64,000 nt of DNA from Myxococcales bacterium. GTDB lineage: Bacteria > Myxococcota_A > Bradymonadia > UBA7976 > UBA1532. The translations under genes and the position numbers were made by a program. The DNA is taken from positions 99,311 through 163,310 of the forward strand of contig PCCS01000006.1 of assembly GCA_002731825.1 (NCBI GenBank), read 5' to 3'. Below, in pieces: positions 55,977 to 64,000 of the stretch (its first letter is position 1; every line of letters begins with the position of its first letter). The notes beneath the pieces were generated by a model. It did no database searches and was not told the origin of the DNA. It saw only the letters and a list, made by a program, of their open reading frames with translations.

Positions 55977-57794
55977 ATGAAGTGTCCTCGATGCGACCGT
56001 CAGCTGTGTGAACACGACCGTTTCTGTGGTCGATGTGGGCTTGCACGCTCGACAGATGGAAAACCTATAGACCCGCTTATCGGACTGACGATCGGCAACC
56101 GGTATCGAATCGAAAAGCGCATTGGGGTCGGCGGTATGGGAACCGTCTATCTGGGTACGCATACCCGACTGGGTCAGAGCGTCGCGATCAAGGTACTCCA
56201 TGAACGCTACGCGGGCGACGACAAGTTGATCCAAAGATTTGAGAAAGAGGCCCTAACATACGGCCAGGTTTGCCATCCTAATTTGGTTAGCCTCCATGAT
56301 TTTGGACGGACTGAGACCGGTACATTCTACATGGTGCTGGAATACTGCCCCGGCGTTTCACTGGCCAAATTGGTTCGGGAACAAGGCCGAATCCAACCAA
56401 ATCTCGCGTCGGATCTCATTCTTCAAATTGCACAGGGTCTTGGACAAGCCCATGATCAAGGCATTGTTCACCGGGATCTCAAGCCAGAAAATGTCATTTT
56501 GACTGAGATCAGACCCGGCCGGTATCACGTTCGATTGCTGGACTTTGGAATCGCTAAACACATCGATGACGACGGGCCACGTTTGACCCAGGCAGGAATG
56601 GTTTTTGGAACCCCTGAATATATGGCTCCTGAACAAGCCCGTGGGAAGACCGTTGATGCCCGGAGTGATATTTACGCCTTGGGTACCATGCTCTATGAAT
56701 TGTTGGTGGGTGATCCTCCGTTCATAGGCTCCGATAAATTGCGAATTATGCATCAGCAGGCTCACGATGCGCCGCCAAAACTCAAAAATGCGATACCCGG
56801 GGTGTCGATCGACAAAGAGCTCGATGGAATCGTGATGAAGGCCTTAGAGAAGAAGCCGGACCGCCGCTTCAAAAGCACCAATGAGTTGGTCGAGGCCCTT
56901 GACTGCTATCTGCGGGGGGGGAAAGCGACAGCGCCAGCACCGACAGTCTCCGGGCATACGTCAGCTGACCACCGAGCGAATATTTCCAAACTTCATTCTA
57001 TCGTCATGCGTGTTTCAGGACACGGGCCGAAACACGACCACACCATGACCACCATGAAGCTCAATTTAACAACGCTCAAGCGACCCTCTGTTCTTGCAGG
57101 CTTGGGCGTGGCCGCTCTGGGTCTTTTTGCTGTCTTGTCTTTTGCCCTTCAAGACTCCAGTGAGATCGTAGAAGAGACGCGCCCAGCTTCGGCTAAAAGA
57201 CGCGCTCATAATCAAGATGTTCGCCCGGCTAATCCGTCGCCCGAAGGCTCTGCAAAGCGCAAAGCACTTGCGAAAAAACGGCATGAAACCACGCGTGACT
57301 CTCAGCACCTTCAGCCCAAGAAACGATCATCTAAGGCATCAGACTCTGTCGTCCACCAGCCCATAGGCAAGCCCGCTCAGGCGACTCAGTCCGAACCAGA
57401 CGATTCGGAACGGTTGGCAGCCAAAGAACGCAAGGCCAGAGCAAAGCGAGAAAAAAGGGAACTTGAACTCGCAAAGAAAAGAGCCATAAAACGGTTAAAT
57501 ACCAGTTTAAACAAAGCCAAGGGCATGCTCAAAGATGGCCGATTTGAAGCCGCTGCTGTCATCGTAGAAAAGCTTCATAAGATCCATCGGGGGACCGAAT
57601 CCGTCCAACGATTACGCAATCAAATCATTGGCATGCGTCGAGCATTACAGAAGGGTCAACTGGCCTACCGCTCCGGGCGATGTGCGCAAGCGGTCAAAAG
57701 TATGAAGCGTGTTCTAGCGGTGAGTCCAAAGCTCAATCAAGCCACTGATGTCATCCAAAATTGCCAGTATGCGAGCCCGCCTACGCAGCTTTAG
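55977..57794 (+). CDS. Hanks-type Ser/Thr protein kinase with an N-terminal zinc ribbon and a C-terminal basic/coiled-coil region.
   Basis: N-terminal CPRCDRQLCEHDRFCGRCG. Kinase subdomains GVGGMGTVY, AIKVL, HRDLKPEN, DFG and APE. The C-terminal tail is low-complexity and Lys/Arg-rich. Confidence 0.85.
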   Translation: MKCPRCDRQLCEHDRFCGRCGLARSTDGKPIDPLIGLTIGNRYRIEKRIGVGGMGTVYLGTHTRLGQSVAIKVLHERYAGDDKLIQRFEKEALTYGQVCHPNLVSLHDFGRTETGTFYMVLEYCPGVSLAKLVREQGRIQPNLASDLILQIAQGLGQAHDQGIVHRDLKPENVILTEIRPGRYHVRLLDFGIAKHIDDDGPRLTQAGMVFGTPEYMAPEQARGKTVDARSDIYALGTMLYELLVGDPPFIGSDKLRIMHQQAHDAPPKLKNAIPGVSIDKELDGIVMKALEKKPDRRFKSTNELVEALDCYLRGGKATAPAPTVSGHTSADHRANISKLHSIVMRVSGHGPKHDHTMTTMKLNLTTLKRPSVLAGLGVAALGLFAVLSFALQDSSEIVEETRPASAKRRAHNQDVRPANPSPEGSAKRKALAKKRHETTRDSQHLQPKKRSSKASDSVVHQPIGKPAQATQSEPDDSERLAAKERKARAKREKRELELAKKRAIKRLNTSLNKAKGMLKDGRFEAAAVIVEKLHKIHRGTESVQRLRNQIIGMRRALQKGQLAYRSGRCAQAVKSMKRVLAVSPKLNQATDVIQNCQYASPPTQL

Positions 57795-58766
57795 TTATGG
57801 TTCATCCTCTGTATTGAGCGCATTTAAAAATGACTCAGTTGCAGCCTTCTTCCCGAGTTTCTGGGCCGTAAAGCCAAGTAGCACGTGAATTCTTGAATCG
57901 ACGGACCCACGTGCCAGTCCGCTCAAGAGACCGTGTGCCTTTTGGTATTGCCTTGATCTAATGAGCGCGACCGCTTGGAGATAGCGGATCTGTGGGCGTC
58001 CTGCGGCAACAGATGCGATAATTTTAGCCGCTTTACCAGCTTCACCGTGGCTTAGGTGCGTCATGGCATCAAGGGTTAAAAAAGTCGTTTTCTCAACATC
58101 CGTGAGTGTATCTATATCCAGCAACTCCCAGGCACTTGTGAGTTCCACGAGAGTCTTCGGTCGAGCCTGGGTCGTCACCTGCCACCAATTGGTGGCTGCT
58201 CGCTCGGAATGAATCATGAGCTGTTTTCTAATTTGTCGCCGAGCATGGCCTATCTTGGGGCCGAAGTACTGGGTAGACATAATCTGTTCGAGAGCCCCTA
58301 GCGCACCATCTCGGCCAGTAAATCGACCCGACTTTGCTCGGACTTCAATAGCTTGGAACGCTTTCTTAATTTTTGAAGATGGCTCTCGTGATGGTGGTTT
58401 TCTGACACGCCTTAAAAGGAGCTCGATTTCGGCTTTTACTTTTTCTTGGTCGGACGCTTTGGGTGCAAGGTTTTGGTAATGCCAATATGCCACCAAAGCA
58501 TCAGCGGGCTCGTTTGCCCAACTTAGAGCACGTGCCAGCCCTCGGTATACAGTCGGGTTTTCAGGATATAAGTGGGCCAGACCTCGGAACGCGCGGACAG
58601 CTTCGTTATATTTGCCGGCGTTATATGCGTTCTTAGCTTTTTTCGTGAGGGGATGTTTTGGATATTCAGCGGTCTCGCTTGTGTCTTTATTTGCCAGTCC
58701 CAAACCGGTCGTGCCGAGCATCAGAACAAGTCCGAAACAGATCGTTTTTAATCTCATCAAGCCCAT
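57795..58766 (-). CDS. Secreted TPR-repeat protein (hypothetical).
   Basis: A signal peptide, then TPR-like repeats (YNAGKYNEAVRAFRGLAHLYPENPTVYRGLARAL). Confidence 0.45.
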   Translation of the reverse strand: MGLMRLKTICFGLVLMLGTTGLGLANKDTSETAEYPKHPLTKKAKNAYNAGKYNEAVRAFRGLAHLYPENPTVYRGLARALSWANEPADALVAYWHYQNLAPKASDQEKVKAEIELLLRRVRKPPSREPSSKIKKAFQAIEVRAKSGRFTGRDGALGALEQIMSTQYFGPKIGHARRQIRKQLMIHSERAATNWWQVTTQARPKTLVELTSAWELLDIDTLTDVEKTTFLTLDAMTHLSHGEAGKAAKIIASVAAGRPQIRYLQAVALIRSRQYQKAHGLLSGLARGSVDSRIHVLLGFTAQKLGKKAATESFLNALNTEDEP

Positions 58767-60212
58767 CTAGAGGACTCCATTCAGATCGAAAGCATATTCG
58801 CCATTCATAGTCCACGTGATACTTGGTCTATCATCAGGCCAATAGTCCAAGATGATCGATGAGCCAGCGAACCAATTGTCTGAGAAACTATACCGAAGAC
58901 CAAATTCACTGCCGACAAACAGCCGGGTTGTCGTTGCTCTAAAACTCCGATTAACAGCGCCCCCTTCGAAGGTCTCAAAAGCCAAACCCAGACCGGCCAA
59001 TGTGTAGGCATCAATGCGCCAAATGGGATACCTCAAGCCAAACCAACCAATGCGCATCATGGTTCGGTCGAGCGTGTCTAATCGTCCTGGAGAGTCATCG
59101 TCCATGATGACCTTCGCTTCGTTCAATCCATTTTGGAAACTCAGACCCAAACCCAGTATGTCTAGATGTTTGCTACGCCAACCAACATTTACACCAAGGC
59201 CAAGCATCCCCACCGATTCCGCAAGGTCCTTCATTTCGAAGTTCTGAGTTGTCTTTAGGTTTATACCGCCACTTCTGGCTGAAACGGTATGCAGTTGCAG
59301 ACCGACATACCAGGGGTTTGCATGCGTGTGTTTGTGGACCGTTTTCATGGCTGTCCGCCATATGGGTTCACTGGGTACGAGTTTGAGCTTCAGTGCATGT
59401 TCGACCCCTGCTCTAATCGTCACATTTTGACTGAAGGCTTCGTGGCCAGGTGCTTCCACACGAATAATATGCTGCCCGGGTTCGACGTCTTTGAGTTCAG
59501 TCGGATTTGTCCACTCAGTACCATCGATAAATACCGTCGTTTTTTCTGGTGTAGTCTTTAGGGACAGCCGACCGAATGCAGCTGCTAATTTAACAACAAT
59601 TTTAAGAGTTTCTGAGGGTCTAATTTCAATGGGCTCTTCAGTTAATTGATGGTTTTCGGCTTCGATTGTAAGCGTATGTTTACCCGCAGGAATCAAGTAT
59701 TTTCCGCTGCCTTGGCCATAGGGTTTTCCGTCTATTCGAAATGAGGCCGTTTTTGGGTTTACTTCGAGAAGCAGTGTTCCCTGTCCGATAAGGGCCGCGA
59801 ATGCACCCGAGGATGCGTCTTCGATGGTACTGCCGCTTCCTTTGAAGATTTTTTTATCGACTCCATCGGCAAGCGTCATCTCAAGCGTCACTTCATATCC
59901 TTGATCTGTTCGCCTAGAGTCCGCATCGACTCGAGCGCCAAACCCAAGCAGCCTCAAGACACCCTGGGCTTCAGACTCACATACTTTCGAATCATCAAGG
60001 CAGTCGAAGCGTTCTGGGAGCGGTATGTCGCTTAGATAGGCATCTAATTCATCAGGTAGGATGAGATGATGTGCGTGTTCGTCTGTGCGTTCAACAGCCA
60101 ATGCGGCCCGAATCTTGTCGCCATTTGGACCGGGATAATTCCAATAGACCGGTGCCTTTGGCGTCGAATGGGCTAAACTGACCATGACAAAAATTGGGAG
60201 TAAGTACTTCAC
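58767..60212 (-). CDS. Secreted PEGA-domain protein with a probable C-terminal outer-membrane beta-barrel.
   Basis: A signal peptide, two PEGA-like beta-sandwich segments (GKYLIPAGKHTLTIEAENH; TVFIDGTEWTNPTELKDVEPGQHIIRVEAPGHE), and a C-terminal ~230 aa of alternating hydrophobic beta-strand pattern. Confidence 0.55.
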   Translation of the reverse strand: MKYLLPIFVMVSLAHSTPKAPVYWNYPGPNGDKIRAALAVERTDEHAHHLILPDELDAYLSDIPLPERFDCLDDSKVCESEAQGVLRLLGFGARVDADSRRTDQGYEVTLEMTLADGVDKKIFKGSGSTIEDASSGAFAALIGQGTLLLEVNPKTASFRIDGKPYGQGSGKYLIPAGKHTLTIEAENHQLTEEPIEIRPSETLKIVVKLAAAFGRLSLKTTPEKTTVFIDGTEWTNPTELKDVEPGQHIIRVEAPGHEAFSQNVTIRAGVEHALKLKLVPSEPIWRTAMKTVHKHTHANPWYVGLQLHTVSARSGGINLKTTQNFEMKDLAESVGMLGLGVNVGWRSKHLDILGLGLSFQNGLNEAKVIMDDDSPGRLDTLDRTMMRIGWFGLRYPIWRIDAYTLAGLGLAFETFEGGAVNRSFRATTTRLFVGSEFGLRYSFSDNWFAGSSIILDYWPDDRPSITWTMNGEYAFDLNGVL

Positions 60213-60353
60213 AATCCGGACTGTATCTTGATTATCCGTTCACGCCAACCGATCCTTGAAAACCGTTCTTTGCTTGCGATTCGTCCAAAGGGTGCAATAA
60301 GGTCCGCCTGAACTGTCGCTTTAGTTAAGTCTCGTGCTCTGTCAGGACTCATT

Positions 60354-60800
60354 ATGTTTCAGAAAATTACTTTACTCATACTCACTTTGGGCTTTTTAGG
60401 CGCATGTGGAGAGGATCCACAGCCACCCAACAAGCCGACGGTCACTCAGGCATCTGCTACATGTCGTCCTTTTGGAACGGACAATGTCGTCAAGCTGGCA
60501 TCGATTACAGTGCGGGTCACCGATCTCGACGGGGTGGAAGACCTTGCTGATGTAAGGGCCGTTGTTGAGGCCACGAGTCTCGATATGGAGCCTGTCCCGT
60601 TAACTGATCAGGCCCCCTTACCGGACTGCGGGGGACCGGATGAGATTTGTGAAGTTGAATACCGTTGGCGTCGTGGTGCCAATACGCCACAGATCATTTG
60701 TGGTGAAACGGGAACGCGTCTTCAAGTTCAGTTTGAGGTCAGCGATGTTGCGGGCTTTACGGAGCGTGTATTAATTACCAGTTCATTGGGCGCCAACTGA
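60354..60800 (+). CDS. hypothetical lipoprotein
   Basis: MFQKITLLILTLGFLGACGE (lipobox). 148 aa. I recognise no domain. Confidence 0.4.
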   Translation: MFQKITLLILTLGFLGACGEDPQPPNKPTVTQASATCRPFGTDNVVKLASITVRVTDLDGVEDLADVRAVVEATSLDMEPVPLTDQAPLPDCGGPDEICEVEYRWRRGANTPQIICGETGTRLQVQFEVSDVAGFTERVLITSSLGAN

Positions 60801-60935
60801 ATTTTAGAATGACTGAATTCGACGCGAGCTGACTCTTGTTTTAGACCCTTTAACGCAAGAAACATTGGCTGCGAACAGCTGTCTTATCTCGTTGAAAAAC
60901 ATCGTTTTCAGGGGTCATTAAGCCAACTAGGGATT

Positions 60936-61661
60936 TTGGATATGTCTAAACACGAGAGTGACTGGTCAGACGCAGACTTTCGCGCCATCGATGACATGGA
61001 GCGATTCAGGAATCAGCGCGGATTCACGATGCGTCATCCGATCATCTTGGTTGGCGTTTTTATAGGTGCACTCTTTTTGGCCTATCAGACCTGGCCGAAA
61101 GCCGCTTTTTTCTTCGCCGAGCCAACTGATTGTGGCGATTTAAGTCTCAGGCCGAGCCAAGAAGCGAAGGCCCCTGGGTCTGCTCCTCGATTGGACCACA
61201 ATCTTTTTTGTAAATTGAAGGGGATAAATGGGCAGTTGAGCGCCTTGGCGACGGCTAAGAAAAATGGGGAACAACCTTTTCGAAATGGCCAATTCGAGAC
61301 GAAAGAGTCTCTCGAAGGTGTTAAATATTATGTCAAGCTTGTCGGCGCCAATGTCATTGGCGTGATTCCAGCGGATCGAGATGATGTCATGCGTTTTCGT
61401 GAGCGTAAGGGCAGCATAACAGGATTTGAATTTGACGATGCGGGCCGACTTATCGATCCAAGTAAATTAGCCTATTTGAGGAAAACGGAATCCGCTTTGC
61501 GAATCCGATGGGCGATTCCTGATTCTGAGAGATTACTCATCTTTGACCTGACCCAAAAACCGGGTGATCGTTGGACGGATCTGACGGTCGTTCTGCTAAT
61601 GATTTTTACGGCTTGCCTCGCTCTGTTTGGACTTGTGCGATCCATAAGACAACGGGCTTAA
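60936..61661 (+). CDS. hypothetical membrane protein
   Basis: 241 aa with one N-proximal and one C-terminal hydrophobic helix. No motifs. Confidence 0.4.
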   Translation: MDMSKHESDWSDADFRAIDDMERFRNQRGFTMRHPIILVGVFIGALFLAYQTWPKAAFFFAEPTDCGDLSLRPSQEAKAPGSAPRLDHNLFCKLKGINGQLSALATAKKNGEQPFRNGQFETKESLEGVKYYVKLVGANVIGVIPADRDDVMRFRERKGSITGFEFDDAGRLIDPSKLAYLRKTESALRIRWAIPDSERLLIFDLTQKPGDRWTDLTVVLLMIFTACLALFGLVRSIRQRA

Positions 61662-61740
61662 TCATTTAGACTTTTACAGCTCTTGCCAACGATTCTTGCT
61701 TACAGCACACTGTCGGTTCTACGTCTGAATAGAGTCTTGA

Positions 61741-62763
61741 ATGAACGTCATTGCCCAGATCGCTGAAGAGTTTCCAATCGGGCGACTCAAAGCGGTGACC
61801 GAGATTAAGAGTGGCTTGATGCACTCCACCTATCTCGTCGATTCAGATGAGGGTCAATTTACACTCCAGAGGCTTCATAAGAAATTAGCAACCCATGAAA
61901 TTATTGGCGACTTTGAAGCTGTCACGGGATTTTTGTACGACCATAAATTAATTGCCCCACGTTTGATCAGAACGACTACAGACCAGCCCGTTTTTGTAGA
62001 CAAAGACCTCCGCTGGTGGCGGATGGCAAGTTGGGTACCGGGTTATACGAAGACAAAAGTCCAGTCAGCCGTCGAGGCTGAGCAGGGTGCGAGGGCACTT
62101 GGCCGCTTTCACAAGGTTGTTGCTCATCTAGATCACCATTTTGCTTCGCAGCACCCCCTCCATGACACCCGAGCCCACCTAGCCGGTCTAAAGGATGCGA
62201 TTCAAACAACAGGGTATGCCTCCGCACTCGAGCTTATCAAACCGGAGATAGACCAAATTCTCGACCAGTTGCCGAGCCTCATATTGCCGGATTCTCTTCC
62301 TCAGCGGGTTGTTCACGGTGACCCGAAAATCAGTAACATCTTGTTTGACGGCGATGTGGCTATTGGACTCATAGACCTCGATACCTGCAATCGCCACACC
62401 GTACTCGTGGACATAGGTGATGCGGTTCGATCGTGGTGTCGAGATGGTAGCGAAGATGAGCAACAGCATTTTCGGATCGATCGCTTTGAGTCCATTTTGG
62501 CTGGCTACGCGGCCGACGGCCTCGAACTCACGGAACATGAACTTGATTATCTGCCTCAAGCAGCCCGAACGATCACCATGGAACTCGCATGCCGGTTCGC
62601 CAGAGATGTCATGGTAGATGACTACTTTGCATTCGATACTCAGCGCTATCCGTCGCGACGAGCTCATAATATTGCCAGGACTCGGGCAATGCTATTCCTA
62701 GCGAATGACATGCGCCAGCAGGCCGAGCAGATAAACTCACTCATTAGCCACTATTTTCGATAG
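61741..62763 (+). CDS. Phosphotransferase-family protein (APH / choline kinase / homoserine kinase type II-like fold).
   Basis: The Brenner motif context VVHGDPKISNILFD and the downstream LIDLDTC (metal-binding D), typical of APH-fold kinases. Confidence 0.7.
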   Translation: MNVIAQIAEEFPIGRLKAVTEIKSGLMHSTYLVDSDEGQFTLQRLHKKLATHEIIGDFEAVTGFLYDHKLIAPRLIRTTTDQPVFVDKDLRWWRMASWVPGYTKTKVQSAVEAEQGARALGRFHKVVAHLDHHFASQHPLHDTRAHLAGLKDAIQTTGYASALELIKPEIDQILDQLPSLILPDSLPQRVVHGDPKISNILFDGDVAIGLIDLDTCNRHTVLVDIGDAVRSWCRDGSEDEQQHFRIDRFESILAGYAADGLELTEHELDYLPQAARTITMELACRFARDVMVDDYFAFDTQRYPSRRAHNIARTRAMLFLANDMRQQAEQINSLISHYFR

Positions 62764-62771
62764 GATTTGTC

Positions 62772-64000
62772 GTGAATCAAAACATCAATCAGGTTGCTCA
62801 GGATTGGGTTGACCAAGATCCGGATATCGACTCAAAAACAGATGGTCAGGCACTCATCGATTTAAATGATGAGGCGATGCTCCTCAGTCATTTTGGAACC
62901 AGCCTATCTTTTGGGACAGCTGGCTTGAGAGGGGCCCTTGGTCCGGGACCAAATCGGATGAACTCTGCGACGGTAATCCGAGTAACATCAGCGCTCGCAG
63001 CCTACACAAAATCGACTGTACAAAGTGACACAGGTTATATTGCCATTATCGGGTTTGACGGTCGGTATGGTTCAAAAAAGTTTGCCGACTATGCAGCGCG
63101 CGTCCTACTGGCCGAAGGCTATAAGATTTACTTATTCGATGATGTTGTGCCGACGCCCCGCTTGGCTCACGCTCTTCTAGAGGTCAATGCATCCATTGGA
63201 ATCATGGTCACGGCCAGCCACAACCCGCCCCAAGACAATGGCTACAAGGTATATTGGGGTGATGGTGCGCAAATTATACCGCCCCATGACACTGAAATTT
63301 CCAAGCGAGTCGATCTGATTTCCGATACCAGTCAGGTCCCTCTTAGTGACCTCAACACCGCTCGTACTCAAGGCCGTTTGGTCGATGTGTCTCAGGACAT
63401 ACAGACCCGATACTACGATGCAGTGAGCAAACTCAGAGTCTATGATGGACCTACGAACCTCAATCTCGTTTACTCTGCAATGCACGGTGTTGGACGTAAA
63501 AGCGTCGAGCGCGTGTTGCGCGAAAACGGGTATGAGAACATCAACATTGTGGAGGCTCAAGCCGATCCAGACCCCGATTTTCCAACCGTGGCTTTTCCGA
63601 ATCCGGAGGAACCCGGCGCTATGGATTTATCATTGCAATTGGCCAACGAAGTCAACGCAGATGTGGTGTTCGCGAATGATCCCGATGCAGACCGGCTCTG
63701 TGTAGCCATTCCGGTCTTAGGTGGGTATCGATTGTTGACCGGTAACGAAATTGGTGTCTTGTTGGCTGATGAATTGTTGAGGTACGGGCAATACAGTGGT
63801 GAAACCCTTGTTGTGACAACCATTGTGTCGACATCTATGTTGCAAAAAGTGGCCGCCGAACATGGCGCTCGCTGTGTTGAAACACTGACGGGCTTTAAGT
63901 GGCTGGCTCATGAAGGGATGAAGCAGCAGAGTCGAGGAGGCGCATTTGTCGTCGGGTTTGAAGAGGCTATTGGCTATTCGGTCGGACCGATCGTGCGAGA
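62772..64000 (+). CDS. Phosphoglucomutase/phosphomannomutase family (alpha-D-phosphohexomutase). Partial; the C-terminus runs off the window.
   Basis: GTG start at 62772. Family motifs FGTAGLRG, the active-site Ser loop TASHNPPQDNGYKV and the metal-binding DPDADR are present. The open frame runs to the window edge. Confidence 0.85.
   Translation, partial: MNQNINQVAQDWVDQDPDIDSKTDGQALIDLNDEAMLLSHFGTSLSFGTAGLRGALGPGPNRMNSATVIRVTSALAAYTKSTVQSDTGYIAIIGFDGRYGSKKFADYAARVLLAEGYKIYLFDDVVPTPRLAHALLEVNASIGIMVTASHNPPQDNGYKVYWGDGAQIIPPHDTEISKRVDLISDTSQVPLSDLNTARTQGRLVDVSQDIQTRYYDAVSKLRVYDGPTNLNLVYSAMHGVGRKSVERVLRENGYENINIVEAQADPDPDFPTVAFPNPEEPGAMDLSLQLANEVNADVVFANDPDADRLCVAIPVLGGYRLLTGNEIGVLLADELLRYGQYSGETLVVTTIVSTSMLQKVAAEHGARCVETLTGFKWLAHEGMKQQSRGGAFVVGFEEAIGYSVGPIVR

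Noticed and set aside
1-64000. CRISPR arrays, IS elements, integrases, prophage genes and toxin-antitoxin pairs.
   Set aside because: I saw no regularly spaced direct repeats, no DDE or tyrosine-recombinase motifs, no phage structural genes and no small overlapping two-gene TA-like pairs by eye. The window is core-genome-like.

Overview
This 64-kb window reads as a largely housekeeping, chromosomal-core segment of a Gram-negative bacterium with roughly 50% GC. Its gene content resembles the Myxococcota / Bdellovibrionota-like 'delta' lineage: Hanks-type Ser/Thr kinase, FHA, PEGA, Cys-rich secreted modules and a MYXO-CTERM-like motif. That lineage call is inference only.

Recognisable core genes, in order:
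- dacB-like (partial), pyrD, dnaN-recF-murA, ahcY, metK, proB.
- prfA, rpmE, rho, larB-larC, rarA, folK, a dsbA-like gene, a pal-like OmpA gene with cpoB.
- proA, rsfS, rlmH, a UvrD-like helicase, an M28 peptidase, a NarI/DsrM-like::HdrD-like Fe-S oxidoreductase fusion, truD, comF.
- Two tandem HU genes, tRNA-Gln-prs-rplY-pth, hppA, rpsF-rpsR-rplI-dnaB, a REC-XRE regulator, a Ser/Thr kinase, a PEGA protein, an APH-like kinase and a partial phosphohexomutase.

I found no CRISPR array, transposase, integrase or rRNA. One tRNA, tRNA-Gln(UUG), is present.

Candidates for something new, all standalone and unproven:
- A single 563-aa SIR2_2-like plus TPR protein wedged between dacB and pyrD, a possible one-gene NAD-targeting defence protein.
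- A cytoplasmic 134-aa protein with 18 Cys in strict CxxC periodicity, convergent with a CPBP (CAAX/Abi) intramembrane protease and divergent from an FHA::degenerate-GGDEF protein.
- A 1293-aa secreted ORF containing an internal MYXO-CTERM-like sorting motif immediately followed by a signal-peptide-like segment, in the same transcription unit as the FHA-GGDEF gene.
- Smaller oddities: an AT-rich oriC-like region upstream of dnaN with no dnaA, folK lacking a canonical start codon, and orphan pal-cpoB without tolQRAB.
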